From Alphaproteobacteria bacterium (GTDB taxonomy: Bacteria; Pseudomonadota; Alphaproteobacteria; GCA-2731375), in assembly GCA_965232515.1 (NCBI GenBank), contig CBDDPY010000002.1, positions 4,000,001 through 4,064,000 on the forward strand: a DNA stretch of 64,000 nt. The letters run 5' to 3'. Positions 61,124 to 64,000 of the stretch are shown here, piece after piece. Below the pieces are notes generated by a model that saw only the letters and a list, made by a program, of their open reading frames with translations, did no database searches and had not been told where the DNA came from. Both the position numbers and the translations under genes were made by a program. Positions within the stretch are counted from its first letter, which is position 1. Each line of letters begins with the position of its first letter.

Positions 61124-61211
61124 CTGGATTGCCGGGTCAAGCCCGGCAATGACGAGTGGCAGTGAAATCAATCGGTTAGTCGTCATACCCGTGCTCGACA
61201 CGGGCATCCAG
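61124..61211. repeat. REP-like palindromic element
   Basis: CTGGATTGCCGGGTCAAGCCCGGCAATGAC...GTCATACCCGTGCTCGACACGGGCATCCAG; related to 51086-51172. Confidence 0.75.
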
Positions 61212-61393
61212 CGACCGGGATGGCGATGCCCGCAGGCCGCTGACGCACCTCCGGACACACCGCCAAAATCCCCATCATTTCGACACAAATCGAAATATCG
61301 CAACCCGTTGATCCAATTGAACTCTTTTTCCTTGACGTCCCTGTGCATGGGGTTGTTCCGCTGTTTCCCCCGCTTGACACCCCCCTCCCCCGA

Positions 61394-62401
61394 TCAGGCC
61401 ATCTCCAGCACCACCTTGCCCAGCGCCCGGCGGGCGAGCACGGTCTGCATCGCCGCCTGGAAGTCCTCGAGGCTGAAGCGGTGCGAGACGAAGGGCCGGA
61501 GGTGGCCGGCGGTGTAGAGCTCGGCCAGCCGGTGCTGCAGCTCGGCGACCCGCGGCGCGTAGAGCTCGCGGTTGTCGCCCGGGCTCCAGCCCAGATAGGT
61601 CCCGTAGTTCAGTCCGATCACCGACAGGTTCTTGACCAGCAGCAGGTTCGCCGGGATCTCCGGAATGGTGCCGCCGGCATAGCCGATGGTCAGCAGCCGG
61701 CCCTCGCGGGCGAGGCAGCGGAGCGACGCCAGCGTCACGTCGCCGCCGACCGGATCGAAGACCACGTCGGCGCCGCGGTCCTGGGTCAGGAACTTGACCG
61801 TCGGGGCCAGGTCCTGGTTCGTATAGTTGACGGCGTGGTCGGCGCCGTGCGCGCGGGCGAGTTCCAGCTTCTCGCCCGTGCTGGCCGTGGCGATTACTTC
61901 CGCGCCCAGCGCCTTGCCGATCTCGACCGCGGCGAGGCCCACCGCGCCGGCGGCGCCGTGCACCAGCAGCGTTTCGCCCGCGGCCAGGTTCGCCTTCCAA
62001 ACCAACGCCGCATAGGACGTGGCGTAGGAAACCGGGAACGTTGTCGCCTCGGCGAAGCCCATGCCGTCCGGCATCGGGTGCACGCCGTCGGCGAGCGCCA
62101 CCGCCTCCTCGGCCTGGCCGCCCCAGTCGATGCTGGCGAGCACCCGGTCGCCGGGCTGCACGTGCGTCACGCCCGCCCCGGTCTCGGTCACCACGCCGGC
62201 GACCTCGGTGCCGGGCACGAAGGGCAGCGGGGGCTTGCGCTGGTAACGGCCGGTGACGATCAGGCTGGTGGCGAAGCTGACGCCCGCCGCGCGGGTGGCG
62301 ATGCGCACGCCGGTCTCGGGCAGCGCCGGCGGCGGCACCTCCTCCAGCTTCAGGTTCTCATACGGCCCGAACTCGCGGCACAGCACGGCGCGCATCGGCA
62401 T
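61394..62401 (-). CDS. NADPH:quinone oxidoreductase (MDR family)
   Basis: PFVPGTEVAG, HGAAGAVG, DPVGG and NLLLVKN. Confidence 0.9.
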   Translation of the reverse strand: MPMRAVLCREFGPYENLKLEEVPPPALPETGVRIATRAAGVSFATSLIVTGRYQRKPPLPFVPGTEVAGVVTETGAGVTHVQPGDRVLASIDWGGQAEEAVALADGVHPMPDGMGFAEATTFPVSYATSYAALVWKANLAAGETLLVHGAAGAVGLAAVEIGKALGAEVIATASTGEKLELARAHGADHAVNYTNQDLAPTVKFLTQDRGADVVFDPVGGDVTLASLRCLAREGRLLTIGYAGGTIPEIPANLLLVKNLSVIGLNYGTYLGWSPGDNRELYAPRVAELQHRLAELYTAGHLRPFVSHRFSLEDFQAAMQTVLARRALGKVVLEMA

Positions 62402-62466
62402 CCCTCCCTGTCACGACGCTGCTATGCTAACGCAATCCTCGCCCGCCCGGACCACCCGCCCGCCCG

Positions 62467-63732
62467 ATGACCGCCGACGCTCCAACCGACGACCGCGCCA
62501 GCCTGACCGGCTGGCTGATCTGGGGCGTCTGCGCCACGTTCTTCGCCTACGCCTTTTTCCACCGCGTGGCGCCGTCGGTGATGTTCGACCACCTGATGCG
62601 CGACTATGCCGTCGGCGCGGCCGTGCTGGGAAATCTCTCGGCCTGCTACTTCTACGCCTACTGCCTGGTGCAGATCCCGGTCGGCGCCATGCTGGACCGG
62701 GTCGGCCCACGCCTGCTGTTGACCGGCTCGGCGCTGGTGGCGGCGGGCGGCAGCCTGCTGTTCGGGCTCGCCGACCAGATCGAGCTGGCCTACGCGGCGC
62801 GGCTGTTGATTGGCGCCGGCACCGGGGTCGTGTTCCTCAGCACGCTGACGCTCGCCGGCATCTGGCTGCCGGCGCGCTATTTCGCCATGGTCACCGGCAT
62901 GACCCAGGCCGTCGCCATGCTGGGCGCGGTCGCGGGGCAAGCGCCGCTGGCGGCGTTCGTGGAGGCGACGGGCTGGCGTCAGGCCATGGTCTGGGCCGCG
63001 GGTGCCGGCCTGGTCATCGCGGTCGTCATCTGGTTCGTCGCCCGCGACCGCGCGAACCGCCGGCAAGAGCACGAGCACCGCGACCTCCGCCACGCCCTGG
63101 CCGAGGTGTTCGGCAACCGGCAGACCTGGCTCGCCGGTCTCTACAGCGCCGGCATGTCGGGGCCGATGCTGACCTTCGCCGTGCTCTGGGGCGTGCCGTA
63201 CCTGGTCCAGGTGCACGGCCTCGGCCGGACGGAAGCAGGCGCCAGCGCGTCGCTGATGCTAATTGGCTGGGCCGTGGCGGCGCCTGGCATTGGCTGGCTG
63301 TCGGACAGGCTCGGCCGGCGCAAGCCGATCATGCTGACGCTCACCGCCTTCGTGCTGGCGGCCTGGTGCGTCGTGCTCTGGCTGCCGGGCCTGCCCCTGC
63401 TCGGCCTGCAGGTGTTGCTGGTCCTGATCGGCGCCGCCAGCAGCGCCATGGCCTTGTCCTTCGCGGTCGGGCGCGAGCTGAACCCGCCGGCAAGCAGCGG
63501 CCTCGCCACGGGGTTCGTCAACTTCACCTCCATCGCCACGGCCGCCGCCATGCAGCCGCTGGTCGGCTGGCTCTTGGACCTGCGCTGGACCGGCGTGATG
63601 CTGGACGGCGCCCGGGTGTTCGACGCCGCGGCCTACGGCCAGGCCTTCCTGGTGTTCCCGGCGATCACGCTTCTGACCCTGATCGGCACGGCGTTTCTGC
63701 GCGAGACCTTCTGCCGCCAGGCCGTATCATAG
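62467..63732 (+). CDS. MFS transporter
   Basis: About 12 TM helices; GAMLDRVGPR and GWLSDRLGRRK. Confidence 0.9.
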   Translation: MTADAPTDDRASLTGWLIWGVCATFFAYAFFHRVAPSVMFDHLMRDYAVGAAVLGNLSACYFYAYCLVQIPVGAMLDRVGPRLLLTGSALVAAGGSLLFGLADQIELAYAARLLIGAGTGVVFLSTLTLAGIWLPARYFAMVTGMTQAVAMLGAVAGQAPLAAFVEATGWRQAMVWAAGAGLVIAVVIWFVARDRANRRQEHEHRDLRHALAEVFGNRQTWLAGLYSAGMSGPMLTFAVLWGVPYLVQVHGLGRTEAGASASLMLIGWAVAAPGIGWLSDRLGRRKPIMLTLTAFVLAAWCVVLWLPGLPLLGLQVLLVLIGAASSAMALSFAVGRELNPPASSGLATGFVNFTSIATAAAMQPLVGWLLDLRWTGVMLDGARVFDAAAYGQAFLVFPAITLLTLIGTAFLRETFCRQAVS

Positions 63733-63740
63733 GGCCCGCC

Positions 63741-64000
63741 ATGCCTTGGAATACCACGCCTGACGCGTTAGAGGCCGTGCCGCGGCCGCTCACCGCCATG
63801 GCCCGCGACCTCACCGACGGCGAAGCCATCGCGCCGCACAGTCATGGCCGGGCGCAGCTGGTCTACGCGTCCGCCGGCGTGATGACGGTGAACACATCGG
63901 ACGGCGCCTGGCTGGTGCCGCCGGAACGCGCGGTCTGGATGCCGGCCGGCGTCACGCACTGGATCGACTGTGCCGGCACCGTGCGCATGCGCACGCTCTA
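63741..64000 (+). CDS. AraC family regulator with cupin domain (3'-partial)
   Basis: HSHGRAQLVYASAGVM...WLVPPERAVWMPAG; runs off the window end. Confidence 0.85.
   Translation, partial: MPWNTTPDALEAVPRPLTAMARDLTDGEAIAPHSHGRAQLVYASAGVMTVNTSDGAWLVPPERAVWMPAGVTHWIDCAGTVRMRTL

Overview
High-GC chromosomal window that looks alphaproteobacterial (CtrA-type boxes, alpha-type phnCDEE, palindromic intergenic repeats). I saw no rRNA, tRNA, CRISPR array, integrase or transposase. It holds about 55 genes: oxidoreductases and regulators, hldE/hldD heptose genes, an RND pump, phnCDEE, a LysR-linked catabolic cluster, motA and mscS. A visibly AT-richer accessory island spans about 54.2-59.8 kb. Main leads: (1) a membrane Cache/PAS protein with a degenerate HD-GYP domain, divergent from a LapG-like protease across a perfect CtrA box, possibly an HD-GYP-based analogue of the LapD-LapG switch; (2) a desaturase-GH3-enolase operon with twin palindromic operators; (3) a HutI-like and an OYE-like enzyme with rewired active sites in an unknown catabolic cluster; (4) HEPN-like genes bounded by perfect 17-bp inverted repeats, beside an HNH-TM gene; (5) a diverged tandem duplication at the mscS 3' end carrying complementary halves of a broken parE; all three parE toxins in the window are inactivated while their antitoxins are intact. 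Family assignments come from recognising motifs by eye, not from database searches.
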